A stretch of 64,000 nucleotides of DNA, taken from Tubulanus polymorphus. Lineage: Eukaryota; Animalia; Nemertea. A program made the position numbers and the translations under genes. The notes beneath the pieces are model-generated. The model saw nothing but the letters and a program-made list of their open reading frames with translations, did no database searches and had not been told where the DNA came from. The DNA lies in NCBI RefSeq assembly GCF_964204645.1, contig NC_134034.1, positions 10,614,962-10,678,961 of the forward strand, in the 5' to 3' direction. Each line of letters begins with the position of its first letter. Position 1 is the stretch's first letter. Shown here piece after piece: positions 1 through 12,453 of the stretch.

Positions 1-112
1 AGATTGACAGACGTATGGAGAAACGTATAAAGGTTTAGAAAATGTTCATACGACCCGTCCAATATCCAATCCTGAGTGACTAGTGTAGCTGAACCCAAGT
101 GTCTCTTTCTAG

Positions 113-3100
113 AAATTATGTTTTGTAACGGTATCGACTGTGGTAACGGAACCTGTATTGAGAACTGGGACAACAGGACTCATCACTGTCTGTGCAACGA
201 AGGATACGAAGGCACTAATTGCAAAATGGGTAAGCATAAAGTCGGCTAGAACATTCTAGAAAAATGACAATGTTAAGGATAATTATGATAGTAATTGTAA
301 CGATAATAGTAATAATGATAGTGATCTATTTGCATAAATGGCGTAGAACTATAATGATAATCTCCGCGCGTTTTACGTCACATGAGCAAAAAGACATTTT
401 GAAACAAACCACACAATCAGCAAAAACTAGATCAGAAATAGTTTTACTGGCTGCAAGGCCATCTACACAAAATATCTCACAATGCGGAAAACAGTTTTTT
501 AAATGATTCTCACTTTTTGAATGATATCTGCGTATGCCGTTAAAAAGTATAAGAGCAAGCCATGGTCCATCTTGCAAAATAACATACATTCTTTAAAACG
601 TTATTGTTTTAGTATATTTGTGGATTTCTGTGAATTTATCTAAAGAATAGTTGAAGTTGGGATACGTAATTTCTTTCAAATCATTTATTTCCTTATTTTT
701 TTCAGTGAAACGTTACTGTTCGGAAGCCGACTGCGGCAATGGAACGTGCGCGGAGGATTGGCACAATCGAAAGCATATTTGCACGTGCCCAGAGGCGATG
801 GGAGGCTCCGACTGTAGAACAAGTGATTGTTATTATATGAATACATATGATTGATACGAAGATAGAATATTTTCGAATTTATTGGCACGATAAGACGCAC
901 GTTATCGCTCTCCCACACGCTGAGCAGGGTCCTATACACACACACACGTAGCACTGCATACCTTTATTAATGGTAAATTCATCGAGAATCAGCATCGGGA
1001 AGTTTTCAAAGTTACAAAGTATTGTTATTGTTTAAGTGGGTAAAATGGTACAACTGCAATGTGATTACGAAATCAACAGTATTTGTTCAATGTCGTTTAT
1101 AGGAAGTAAATTCTGTCCCGGAATCGACTGTGGTAATGGTGTATGTAAAGAAGACTGGGAACATCGAAGTCACGTGTGCCAGTGTGAAGAGGGTTTCGAC
1201 GGAATGGATTGTAAATCCAGTAAGTGACTAGAATAACCGCGAGTGGAGGGCTTCACCATCAAGAATTCATATCCAAGTGTCAATGTGTCTGTTCTACTCA
1301 TTTTCCCACCTAGTGATGGACTAAGAGGGACTTGCAGAAGTCCATCATTTTGAATGCCCTTTATCATTCTTTCAACAAACAAAAAGTTGGGGTGGGAGTA
1401 CTCTTGATTTGGCCTCAACGTCAAAGTGCTTTTTTGGGATGTGACCTGCCACCACAGCTGTCTGTGGAGGTTGTTGACCAAAATTTCATCAAATTTAGTG
1501 TTCACTACGAATGTCTGGCCGTTCTACCCGCTGCCCTCCCACCTCAGAGCTGTGAGGAGAGGGGCTCTCTAAGAACCTATGGTTCAGTTCTATTCAATGT
1601 GTCTCTACCACAGTGTCCTGTGAGGGGTTCCTCAAATGATTGTTGCTTTCATACAGTTTAAAACATGGATTTTCTTTTTAATCTACATGTGTTCCTCTCT
1701 TTCTCTCTCTTTCCCTCTCGCTCTATTTAAGTCATGAAATACTGTACGAACGACACCGACTGCGGATTCGGATTTTGCGAGGAGAATTGGGAAAAACGAG
1801 GACATATCTGTATCTGTAATCACGGTTACACCGGCACCAAATGCCTCCAAAGTAAGTAATAATAGTGAAGAATTCGTCTTTTTGGTGTAACAGAATTGTA
1901 GTAGATGAATTAATCAAAAGTATTATTTCTAGAGGGGCCTTTATCGAAAACCGACCACCCCCCCCCCCCCCCAAACCACCATAACTATGATGTGGTTTGC
2001 CTGGAACGCTACTACAAGAATTCGTATCTCCCCATCATGAGAGCCGATACCCCATATACAACCACCACAACTATGAGACTCTCCACCAAGAAACACACTC
2101 CGACAAAGCTTTTAAAGTGCCCGTCTTTCAATACAAAATTAATCAAAGGTATTCATTATAGTTTCCTAAACATTATGTTCAGCTGAATAATTTGTCGGTG
2201 TTTTTGTCTCTGTAGCTATCGGCCACTGTTCAGAGGACACTTGTAAACACGGCAAATGTAACGCGGGAACTTGCGTCTGCGATCTCGGGTATGCCGGGAA
2301 AAGTTGTGACCTGCGTAAGTGATGTATATATATATCAGTGTGCGACAACACGAAAAAAATCTTCACATTTTACGAATGTTTTCAGTTTTGATCGCGTATT
2401 CTATCTGTAGTCGAAAGTCAAGCCGGTGCCTGCTCGGATGCTACTTGTCTGAACGGTCACTGCGAGGAAGATCTGGAAAAAGACGGCCATAAGTGCGTGT
2501 GCGAAGATGGATACGAAGGCGATTATTGTCAATACAGTACGTTTTTATATATGGATATCCTTAGCCTATACTGGACAGTTGTGTGGGTTTCATTTGATAC
2601 TAAAATCAGTTCCACAGTTGTGTGGGTTTCCATTTGACACTGAACTCAGTTCCACAGTTGTGTGGGTTTCCATTTGACACTGAACACAGTTCCACGTGTG
2701 CGTTTGATTTGACTCTGAACCCAGTCCCACATTTTTGTGGGTTTGATTCGACTCCAGTTTAATCGGAGGTTTAATTTGACTTTGGAGCCAGTTCCACAGT
2801 TGTACGGGTTCCATATGTCACTGAAGTTAGTTCCACCGTTGTAATGGATTTAGTTGACTCTGAAATCAGTTCCACGGTTGTGTTGGTTTAATTTGACTCT
2901 GAACCCAGTTTAACAGTTGACTGTATGGGTTTAATATGTCACTGAAATCAGTTCCACAGTTGTAATGGATTTATTTGACTCTGAACCCGGTTTCACAGAA
3001 TTCTATTCATCATCTGAATGAATCATTGTAGAGACTCGATACTGCGTAGACGCCGACTGTGGTGACGGTATTTGTGAAGAAGATTGGGAGAACAGAGGAC

Positions 3101-6100
3101 ATAACTGTATATGCGAAGGCGGACTCGAGGGATGCGCGGCTAGTAAGTGCAAAATCACGATCATAACGTCGTTTTAATTCCGCCGAAACGAACGATAGTT
3201 CGAATTGTTTTTTCCGCAGATATTCACGAATACCTGGAGAATGAGAGGGAAAGATGTAACGTGGATAAATGCGGCCACGGACGCTGCATCGAGGATCCGG
3301 ATCACAACCGTTATATCTGCGTCTGCAACGACGGCTATTCCGTCGCGTCTAACTGCGAGGACAGTAAGTAATGACTAATAGAATTAACGATGATTTGAAT
3401 ATGCAAATTGGAATTAGATTATGCTAATGGTTTCTCCTTTCATTTACAAACACTTTCTTTCAATAGTCAAAGAAGAAAATTTTCAGTAAAAGTATCCAGC
3501 CCTTTACTTTGGAATAACATCAGTGAAAATCTTAAAAAAACATGGAAAATTCTAAACTGTTCCTAAGAAATTATAGAAAGCAACTTTGTGCTTGATTTTA
3601 TCATACAGTTATTCGAACTAAAATTATTGTTTTTGGAATATTACAGAAAATAACTGGCTTATTAAATGATTATATCTTAATCAAGCTGTTATCATAGTTT
3701 ACTTTGATTGCATTTTGTGTGTTAAGGGTTGACTGTGAGCATATTATTTTCTTTATTGCATTTCTCTTTTTTTCTTTTCTCTTTTGAGGGACCTGTTTTA
3801 TAAAAACTATTCCTTAGTTTCTACAGACCCCCCCTCCAGGTCCAATTTACTGTATTTTGTATTATGCTTTGTACACTATGCTGTAAATTATATTTGAAAA
3901 ATAAAGTGTTCAAATCAAATCAAATCAAATCATACCGATTATTTCAGGTAATGCACATTCTACGGTCATGCAACTTAACTTACGTTGATGGAAATATGCA
4001 ATTTGAATATGCAAATTAACTCTCGAGTTATGTATATATTTCAGAGATTGTTTACTGTAAGAATGACACTTACTGTGGTCACGGAACTTGTCAAGAGGAC
4101 TGGGAACACTATCGCCATAGATGTAATTGTACGCGAGGATATGCTGGCGTTAACTGCACCGGTAAAGATATACATGCTGGTTTGATTGATGTAGCTGCCT
4201 AGGTTCATCTTTGCGACAGCGCCGCTGGTCTTGGCTACCACGATCACCACCACCACCACCACCACCACCACCACCACCACCACCACCACCACCACCACCA
4301 CCACCACGATCACCACCACCATCACCACCACCACCACTAACATCAGAGCTCAGACCACTATTCCAAAATCTTCTATATCCTATAGTAAAAACAAGAAATT
4401 CGAGAGTTTAGTTCATATATAAGCGCGTAAATTCAGGGGAAATCCTGCTTATGGCTCATAGGCCAGCATCTTAGCTACGCATGGAAGTGGTTTTCGACCC
4501 ACATACCCAACCTAACTTTTGAAATAATCAAACCTTTACAAAGGAGGGGTATCCCAGTACAGGTATGCCAGTACATCTGAGCCCAATATCTAAGGGAATC
4601 CCCCAACGTGTTTGGTACCCTTACTCCAAGCAAAAAAAGTCCAGGGAATCCCTTATTTCATCATCAATCATCTGTCTCTCAGAATCAATGGATTTCATAC
4701 ATTCGTTACCTATCCCATTTGCAGAAATTATGGCAACATTTATCGGGGACCTGTTCTTCACTCTAGGTACTATTTTTGGGGTCCGGCCCTACGCATCTTC
4801 GAGCTACTAACCTAATTGTGGTCTGATGCCATCACCACCACCACCATCACCACCACCTGGCGGGTTAACTGACTGAAAAGGGAATCTATTGCTGAAACTA
4901 CCATTCAGATCTGAAAATACCAGATTCTAGATCTTTATTTTGCAAAGCATTTAAAAACAAAAACGTAGAACTGTATATTTATATGAAACTTAACGTTGTA
5001 TTTGAGAAAGTATTCGAAAGCAAATCGAAATCTGCAACGAAGGGAATTTCTTTCACTAGTTCTTATTGCAATGTTGTTTCGCAGATACGGACCACTGTTT
5101 GGACTACGATTGCGGTCACGGTCATTGCGTCTATCACAAACACGAAGAGACGAAAAATTGTAGCTGCTACCCGGGATACAAAGGAGAAAGATGCGGCGAA
5201 AGTGAGTACAATAACAGACATTTCATGTTAACGTCGAAATATCGTCAGGATTCAGGATGGCCGCTTTACCTGAAAATCAGGGAAAGTCGGAGAATTATTT
5301 TTTTTTCTTTAAAAAAGTGAAGGTATTTTATAAAGAAAAAGCTAAAAATCAGGGGAAATTCAGGGCATTTATTTCCCGTCAATGTCTTACGTATTTGACT
5401 GTGTTAATTGATTGCATTCTGAGCAGGTGACGAAAAAGCTAAAGAAAATAACTTACATGCCAGGGAAGCAAGTCAAATAAAAACAGCCAAACCCTGACAT
5501 TTTTCCGATTTTTCAATTTTTCCAGGAATCGACTATTGTAACGAACTGAGCGTCGAATGCGGTGACCACGGCACATGTCACGAATTCTGGAACGAGCAGA
5601 CGGCTGGCTGTTTCTGCGAGACCAACTACTACGGTGACCATTGTCAATTCAGTAAGAACATAACAGCCGTTTGATGAGTTTAAAACCCATTATATACAAA
5701 GTCTTAAAGATTAAAAACGGATTTTCAAGGCTGTAGCAGTGGGGAAGGGCACAATCGTATATTCTCTTTTTATGCATCTAATTACTAATTGATTGTTTGT
5801 GTCTGCGTACGTTTCATGACTCATTCACTCATTTAAGAAAAAATGACCGGCTGTCAGAATCTGAGGCATTTCAAGAACAAGACGCAAGACGGAGAGTATG
5901 AGATATTCTTCGGACCCCATAACAATTATAAAGCGTTGATCTACTGTAAACACATGCACACAGACTGGCCGGAAGAGTTTCTTACGCTCGTCAACGTGCC
6001 CGGAAATTACGTCAAAAACGGAAGCGGAATTGTCTACTTCCACCGCATCCGAATCGATATACACGTACGTATTTCTGTTGTATATACAAAGATGGCGACC

Positions 6101-9100
6101 TGCATCGAATCACCCAATGACATCAACGATGTATCTATTTGAGCCTCCTGTTAAACAAAGCTACATTCAATATGTGATTTAATAATCGTCTCATCGATGA
6201 ACCGATCCTTAGACCCATCCCCGAAAAAATGGCTGCCTATATAAATCCCATATGACGTCATCAAATTGCCTATTGAAATGATATACATCCGAAAAAATGG
6301 CTGCCTACATAAGTCCCCCTATGATGTCATCAAATTGCCTATTGAAATGATATACATACTCACATCCAAAAAAAATGGTTGCCTACATAAATCCCCCCAT
6401 GACGTCATCAAATTGCCTATTGAAATGATATACATACTCACATCCGAAAAAATGGCTGCCTACATAAATCCCCCTATGACGTCATCAAATTGCCTATTGA
6501 AATGATATACATACTCACATCCGACAAAAAATGGCTGCCTACATAAATCCCCCATAAGTCCCCTCGTGAGATCATCGAAATAACTAATGATTAGTACATG
6601 AAAATAATGTCGGTTTTCTAGAATATGCGCTTGATCACAAATGTATTCTACTACACAAGCGACTCAACTATGGCGACAGCGATGGCTCAGGTCGGTAAAA
6701 CTAATATTCAATATTCGATAATTACTTACAAGCGTTCTTTATTGATAATTAATTGGACGCACATTTCCTTTATCGTTAAAGAACGTGAACTATGGCGAAG
6801 TAGCGGAATGTGCCGGACCGTATATTACGAAGGGTGAATTCAGCATCGATCTAACCGGTACGCCATTCCACGTGAAAAAGGTAGGTACATACAGCCCCGA
6901 AGAATCGATGAAACCGCCGCCTGCTTTTTGTCACCATGTCATATTGGCGACCGAACGCCATTAGCGATTAACATGAAAAAAAATCCCGTTAGTTTCTAAA
7001 TCACCTGCTAAACTGCGGTAATCGAGGATTCCATTCCTATGGCAGGCGAGGATCCGCTAGGTTCTTTAGTAGTTATTCGGTCTTCAGGCCTCACTTTCCT
7101 TGCATTTCAGTCAAAATCGAATAAATCATTGATGACAACTATACTAATTACTGATTAGAAAATGAATTTAATGTGTATTAAGTGCGAGTCCTCAAATATG
7201 AAGTGTTGCCTAAGACGTTACAAGTTGGACATAATCTATCGATTGTTGGTGAATGGAGATTTGACAATTTATTTACGACGTAACAATTACGATTACGATT
7301 ACGATTACGATTTTATTCACACTCCAACCATTTCCATGGTATATGGAGGAAAACTATTACGCAAGGCGAGTGATCATCACGCCATCTGGTGGGATAGCGG
7401 TGTTGCAGTTCCGCTATTAGTTTTAAAATCTAATGAAGTGTTGGATGAACTCTGAAAGTTCCAACCTTAAACCTCACCCAGTAGAAATAAATACATTCGG
7501 AAAATCTATTTTCTTTATTGAAGTAATTATAAAACATTTCATATTTCAGGTCGATTCGCTCGAAGATCGGGTTATTTGGAAGCTATTCGGTAACGAGTCG
7601 GCACAGCTGCTTAGTCCGTCCTATCCGCAAGGTCAAACCGTCAGCGGATTTTGCGGAGGCAATTGCGGCGGTTGCTGGCCGATGAACCATCAAATACCGC
7701 TCAGATACATGTGGGGCAACGCGATCAAGCATCTCGTACCGTCGCATCCACGCAGCTGCTCCGAGTTAAAGGACGACTCCGGTTTAATCGAAGACGGCAC
7801 GTTCCAGTTGTATTTCGGCGACAAAATGCAGTATAACGCCACGTTCTATTGTAACAATATGAAGTACACGCCGGAGGAGTATTTGATTTTGTACAGTAGA
7901 AATAATTTCGCGCACGCCGACAGCACCGGCGTCGACGGTAAAGAGTTCACTTTCCACTACGCCGGTAACATCACGTACAATAAAGTGCGCGTCAATCTCG
8001 AGGTACGGCGCTCATTTGAGCATAGAAAAATTTACGTTCAGGGGCGCATTGGTTTGATACCTAAAGACGAAAAATTGCCCAGAATAGAACACACATTTTG
8101 TAGCCATATAATTTTTCGACTAGCCTCTCCATATTTGGGGTCGAATGCAATAACAGACCCTCGAAGTTTGTCAACTCCCTAATAACCGTGGTTTGTGGTT
8201 ACGTACAGTGGAACCTCGTTACAGCGAACTTCACGGCCCAGAAGTGATTTCGTTATAACCCGATAGTTCTTTATATCCAGAGTATGAAATTTACTAGGTT
8301 CTCCACGTTGGGACGAAATTCTATATTTGTTATACGCGGAATCGTTGTTTCCGAGCTTCCACTGTTTGGAGTAAAATCATTTGAATGAACTGATATCTTT
8401 AAGGCATAAGCTAGTACTGAACAGCACTGAAACGACGTCACTCGCAAGCCCGTTTTAACTTAATACCAGATCCAGTTCTGCTCCGGATCAGTTTCGTTCA
8501 CCCATAGCCTTGTCTGATGTTACCACTTAGTATCCGGGACCTAGTTCCACAGTTGTGAGTTAAGATGTTACTCATCGAAAATTAACTGATTTCATTCACC
8601 TCAGGGTTAACTATACCTCACGAAACTGCGGAACTGGATCCGGGCGGGTGGCTACACTAGGATCGTAGAGCGACGGAGATCAATGTGGGAAAAGCCATTT
8701 CCAGGACCGATTGAACAGTTTAGCGACTTCGGGTTTCAGTTTGAACCCATTACCACAGTTTTACTAAAACTTTATTTCTTTTTTCAATCGTCCCGGCCTC
8801 AGATACAATATTCGACATCAGGGGCCGGTTCCATAGTCATGGCTTAGACTTAAGCCCAGTCTAAGACCATGTTAGTTCTATAGCTAATCTAACAACTTAA
8901 GACCAGTCTAAAGACTTGAGCCCACTTTTGGACTTAAGTCTCGACTGTAGAACTGGCCCCTGTTCATTACCAAAGATCTCCAGTGAAATTGACCTAGCCC
9001 CACAATCGTGACTGATTCTTGTATTGTAAATCTACTGGATCTTACAGGAGATGTTTATAGATACTTACGACGGAACGTTCGCTGCTAAGGTCGGACCGAG

Positions 9101-10601
9101 ACCGCCGTATATGGGTGTCGGCTACGGCTGTAGGAAGAACGGCACTTTCGCGGTGGATTTGAAGCATACCGTATTCCAAATCGACATGACGGTAAGAGAA
9201 AATTAATGATCAGATGAAATTGGGGGTTTTATTTGTGATGCCGTCGATATTTAGAGAATCAGGGAACTCGGTAGTGTTGAGACTGCTATAAATATTTTAC
9301 TGAGTTCAGAATCAGGGAACTCGGTAGCGCGTTGAGACTGCTGTAAATATTTCACCGATTTGAGAATCAGGGAACTCGGTAGCGTGTTGAGACTGCTGTA
9401 AATATTTCACTGAGTTGAGAATCAGGGAACTCGGTAGCGCGTTGAGACTGCTGTAAATATTTCACCGAGTTGAGAATCAGGGAACTCGGTAGCGCGTTGA
9501 GACTGCTGTAAATATTTCACTGAGTTCAGAATCAGGGAACTCGGTAGCGTTGAGACTGCTGTAAATATTTCACCGATTTGAGAATCAGGGAACTAGGTAG
9601 CGCGTTGAGACTGCTGTAAATATTTCACTGAGTTGAGAATCAGGGAACTCGGTAGCGCGTTGAGACTGCTGTAAATATTTCACTGAGTTGAGAATCAGGG
9701 AACTCGGTAGCGTGTTGAGACTGCTGTAAATATTTCACCGAGTTGAGAATCAGGGAACTCGGTAGCGCGTTGAGACTGCTGTAAATATTTCACTGAGTTC
9801 AGAATCAGGGAACTCGGTAGCGTTGAGACTGCTGTAAATATTTCACCGATTTGAGAATCAGGGAACTAGGTAGCGCGTTGAGACTGCTGTAAATATTTCA
9901 CCGAGTTGAGAATCAGGGAACTCGGTAGCGTTGAGACTGCTGTAAATATTTCAACGATTTGAGAATCAGGGAACTAGGTAGCGCGTTGAGACTGCTGTAA
10001 ATATTTCACCGAGTTGAGAATCAGGGAACTCGGTAGCGTGTTGGGACTGCTGTAAATATTTCACCGAGTTGAGAATCAGGGAACTCGGTAGCGCGTTGAG
10101 ACTGCTGTAAATATTTCACTGAGTTCAGAATCAGGGAACTCGGTAGCGTTGAGACTGCTGTAAATATTTCACCGATTTGAGAATCAGGGAACTAGGTAGC
10201 GCGTTGAGACTGCTGTAAATATTTCACCGAGTTGAGAATCAGGGAACTCGGTAGCGTTGAGACTGCTGTAAATATTTCAACGATTTGAGAATCAGGAAAC
10301 TCGGTATTAAGGGGGTATTTTAATATTTGTGTAGTCTCTAATCTGGCGATTCGTTTCTACTCCACAGAGAACCGAATGGGAACCGTTCCAGATCGAGGAC
10401 AGTGAACCGTATCGGAATATATTCTCACAAGAGAAACAAGACGTCACCGGTTTCTGCAGAAATATGGCTGGAAATGGAAAGTGTGGAGGATGTCGACCAA
10501 AAAACGGCCGCATCTATATCAAATGTGCGTATAAGGACTTCAGCGATGAAAACTTTGGGTGGGACTGTGGCAAGCGAGGGTTCCGCGGCAATCCGCCATA
10601 A
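113..10601 (+). CDS. Multi-exon gene (5' end outside window): at least 11 EGF-like repeats followed by two tandem GON domains
   Basis: AG/GT-bounded, frame-preserving phase-1 exons each encoding one 6-Cys EGF (e.g. CNGIDCGNGTCIENWDNRTHHCLCNEGYEGTNC): 113-229, 706-822, 1103-1219, 1732-1851, 2216-2314, 2411-2536, 3032-3142, 3220-3363, 4045-4161, 5085-5201, 5526-5651. Then exons 5838-6064, 6622-6690, 6782-6880, 7550-8002, 9048-9191, 10335-10601(TAA) give two copies of the GON pattern (GCQNL..DGEYEI..IYCKHM..PEEFLTL..FHRIRIDI..YGEVAEC..GEFSIDLTGT..VSGFCGGNCGGCWP; SCSEL..DGTFQL..FYCNNM..PEEYLIL..YNKVRVNL..GTFAVDL..GFC..CGGCRP). Confidence 0.9.
2575..2997. repeat. Intronic minisatellite (~42 bp unit, cagttccacagttgtgtgggttt.atttgactctgaac)
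   Basis: About ten degenerate direct copies; same family recurs at about 37390-37650. Confidence 0.8.
4240..4337. repeat. (CAC)n microsatellite
   Basis: Directly visible; source of the spurious poly-P, poly-T and poly-V ORFs. A shorter run resumes at about 4830-4857. Confidence 0.95.
6222..6555. repeat. Intronic minisatellite (aaaaatggctgcctacataaatcccc.atgacgtcatcaaattgcctattgaaatg)
   Basis: 4-5 tandem copies; related reverse-complement arrays at about 36880-37060, 39710-39990, 48780-48930 and 54260-54500. Confidence 0.8.
8206..8364. mobile_element. Tc1/mariner-pogo-like MITE
   Basis: TA followed by TIR cagtggaacctcg ... cgagcttccactg. Confidence 0.6.
8821..8960. mobile_element. PIF/Harbinger-like MITE (ggggcc.gttcca TIRs, internal ttaagaccagtct repeats)
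   Basis: TIRs ggggccggttccatagtc / gactgtagaactggcccc; further copies at about 39110-39370 (tandem pair), 47815-47955 and 55600-55845; internal motif amplified as minisatellite at about 41790-42065 and 48045-48260. Confidence 0.65.
9255..10306. repeat. 55/53 bp minisatellite, about 19 near-identical copies filling the last intron of the EGF-GON gene
   Basis: Unit gagaatcagggaactcggtagcgcgttgagactgctgtaaatatttcaccgagtt; period 55 (9362 to 9417); no unique spacers. Confidence 0.95.
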
Positions 10602-10974
10602 AAAAAAAATAATTCAATTTTATCTTTAATTCGAATTAACTTTTCTCCTAAGGTCATCCTTGCTTGCCGGGGTTTGGTTGCCGCCCGCCGAATATCATTG
10701 TGGCATAAACCCTCGCCGCAAACCCTTCATTGGTCCAAGATTTTTTGGGCGGACGGGTTGCCGCTAAGTGACCACCAGTCTACGTATTAAGCTAAACAGA
10801 CTTCCCCTGCAGCAAGAATCGCACCGCGTCTGATTGGATAGATATACCTGACTGTGATAGCTTATTCCGAAAATATATTTTGGATTTTCTTTTTTTCAGA
10901 CCTAGGTCCGGACTTCAATTAAAAGGAAAAGCATCACACCGACACGCGGAAACCGTTAAAAGCCTGCATAGGCC

Positions 10975-11089
<115 letters not shown>

Positions 11090-12155
11090 TTAATTTTGGA
11101 ACTGTTTAGACGAAAGCTGTAACTGTAATAAGGTTTTCGTATTCTTGTGTCTATCTCCAAGTAGAATTGTTTAAATTTAACAGAATAGAAATATCTCCCT
11201 GGTAGAAAACGATTTGTTGCTTTGTTGATATATGAATGAACCCCCCCCCCCCCGTCTCCGCAGTATTGTGTTAGTATGCCCCCCCCCCCCAGAAAAATTA
11301 AGGGTCCAGCTAGCTTTCAAGTGATAGAGAGTAAGAGATTGGAAAATGTACTGATCGCATAAGCCTAGCGACCTACCGTAGATAGTATTATAGCCACATC
11401 GAGAAACTCACCACAGAAAGCGTCTCCCAAAAGCTGAATTCAAAAGAAATATTCTGCAATTCGAATAAGTATCAAACTGCCCTAGTAAAATTCCACCGTA
11501 CTGCATTCGACTGGAAGAGAACGATTCGTTATCCATGTTTTATTCTCCTCGGTAACGATGAAACCCCTGCGCCCCCAGCAGTGGAACTTATATTACAATT
11601 CCCAGATCTTCCCACTCAACTCAAGTTAAACAATCCCAATCGTACACCGATATAGTGATGTCATTCAAAAGCACGGGTAAATATCCCTACACTCCTGACA
11701 TCGACCTCTAGAGAGACTTCTAAACGTCTTGTCCTCCGTTTTTAATTTTTGATTTTTTTTTGAATAATGCGTATTCGTTTAAGACCTTTGAAATTTGTTC
11801 ACCCAGTGAGTTTAAATCGTACCATATCGATACCATTATCGTCCTAGTATACCGGTTTATTGCTTTGACTTGTTAGTACGTCACCGGATTTTGTACCAGC
11901 ATCAGTTCATTCGTACATGATCTATCTACGACAGCTGTAAACTAATGTCCCGAATTTGACTGTGTCCCAACCGAACCGATGGTCGTTTAAAGCGCAATTG
12001 GATTAGAAAATTAAGCGACAGATTTTAGTAGCGGGCGGGATTCGATAGTTTACATTCGGGTCAGAAGGATACAAACCACGTTGAACGATAAGCAAGCAAC
12101 GAAAAGGTAAGCGAAACAAAAACGCGATGATCGTCTGCCAATCCGCATGTGCCAT

Positions 12156-12305
12156 CACAGGGGCTCGTATCAGAGTTGTAGGTAATGTAAAAACGATAAT
12201 CTGTTAATCCTATGTCTATAGTATATATATATGTATAAACTATAGACACACGATTAACTGATTATCGTTTTTACATTACCTACAACTCTGATACGAGCCC
12301 CTGTG
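12156..12305. mobile_element. Near-perfect palindromic MITE (~150 bp) upstream of the CapA ATG, probably in a 5' UTR intron
   Basis: cacaggggctcgtatcagagttgtaggtaatgtaaaaacgataatc... exactly inverted at ...gattatcgtttttacattacctacaactctgatacgagcccctgtg. Confidence 0.75.
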
Positions 12306-12453
12306 GGTGCCCTGTTTAATCAATTTTGAACCAAGTCGAATCGATAAATTATTAGCTTTATGGAAACTTTTCTGACTCGCGTATTCTTTCTCGTTTTAAC
12401 AGTTTTATCAGTGAGGGTTGTTTCTATTTGATTGATTAGAGATTTTCTTCAGA

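Noticed and set aside
4041-4422. Poly-V, poly-P and poly-T ORFs
   Set aside because: Translations of the (CAC)n microsatellite.
6222-6555. Apparent sense-strand bias of the gatgatgtcatagggg minisatellite family and its CRE-like tgacgtca motifs
   Set aside because: An oppositely oriented copy exists near 48670-48770 and the sample is too small; motifs are simply part of the repeat.
9255-10306. CRISPR-like regular array
   Set aside because: Contiguous 55-bp units without unique spacers, inside a eukaryotic intron, no cas genes.
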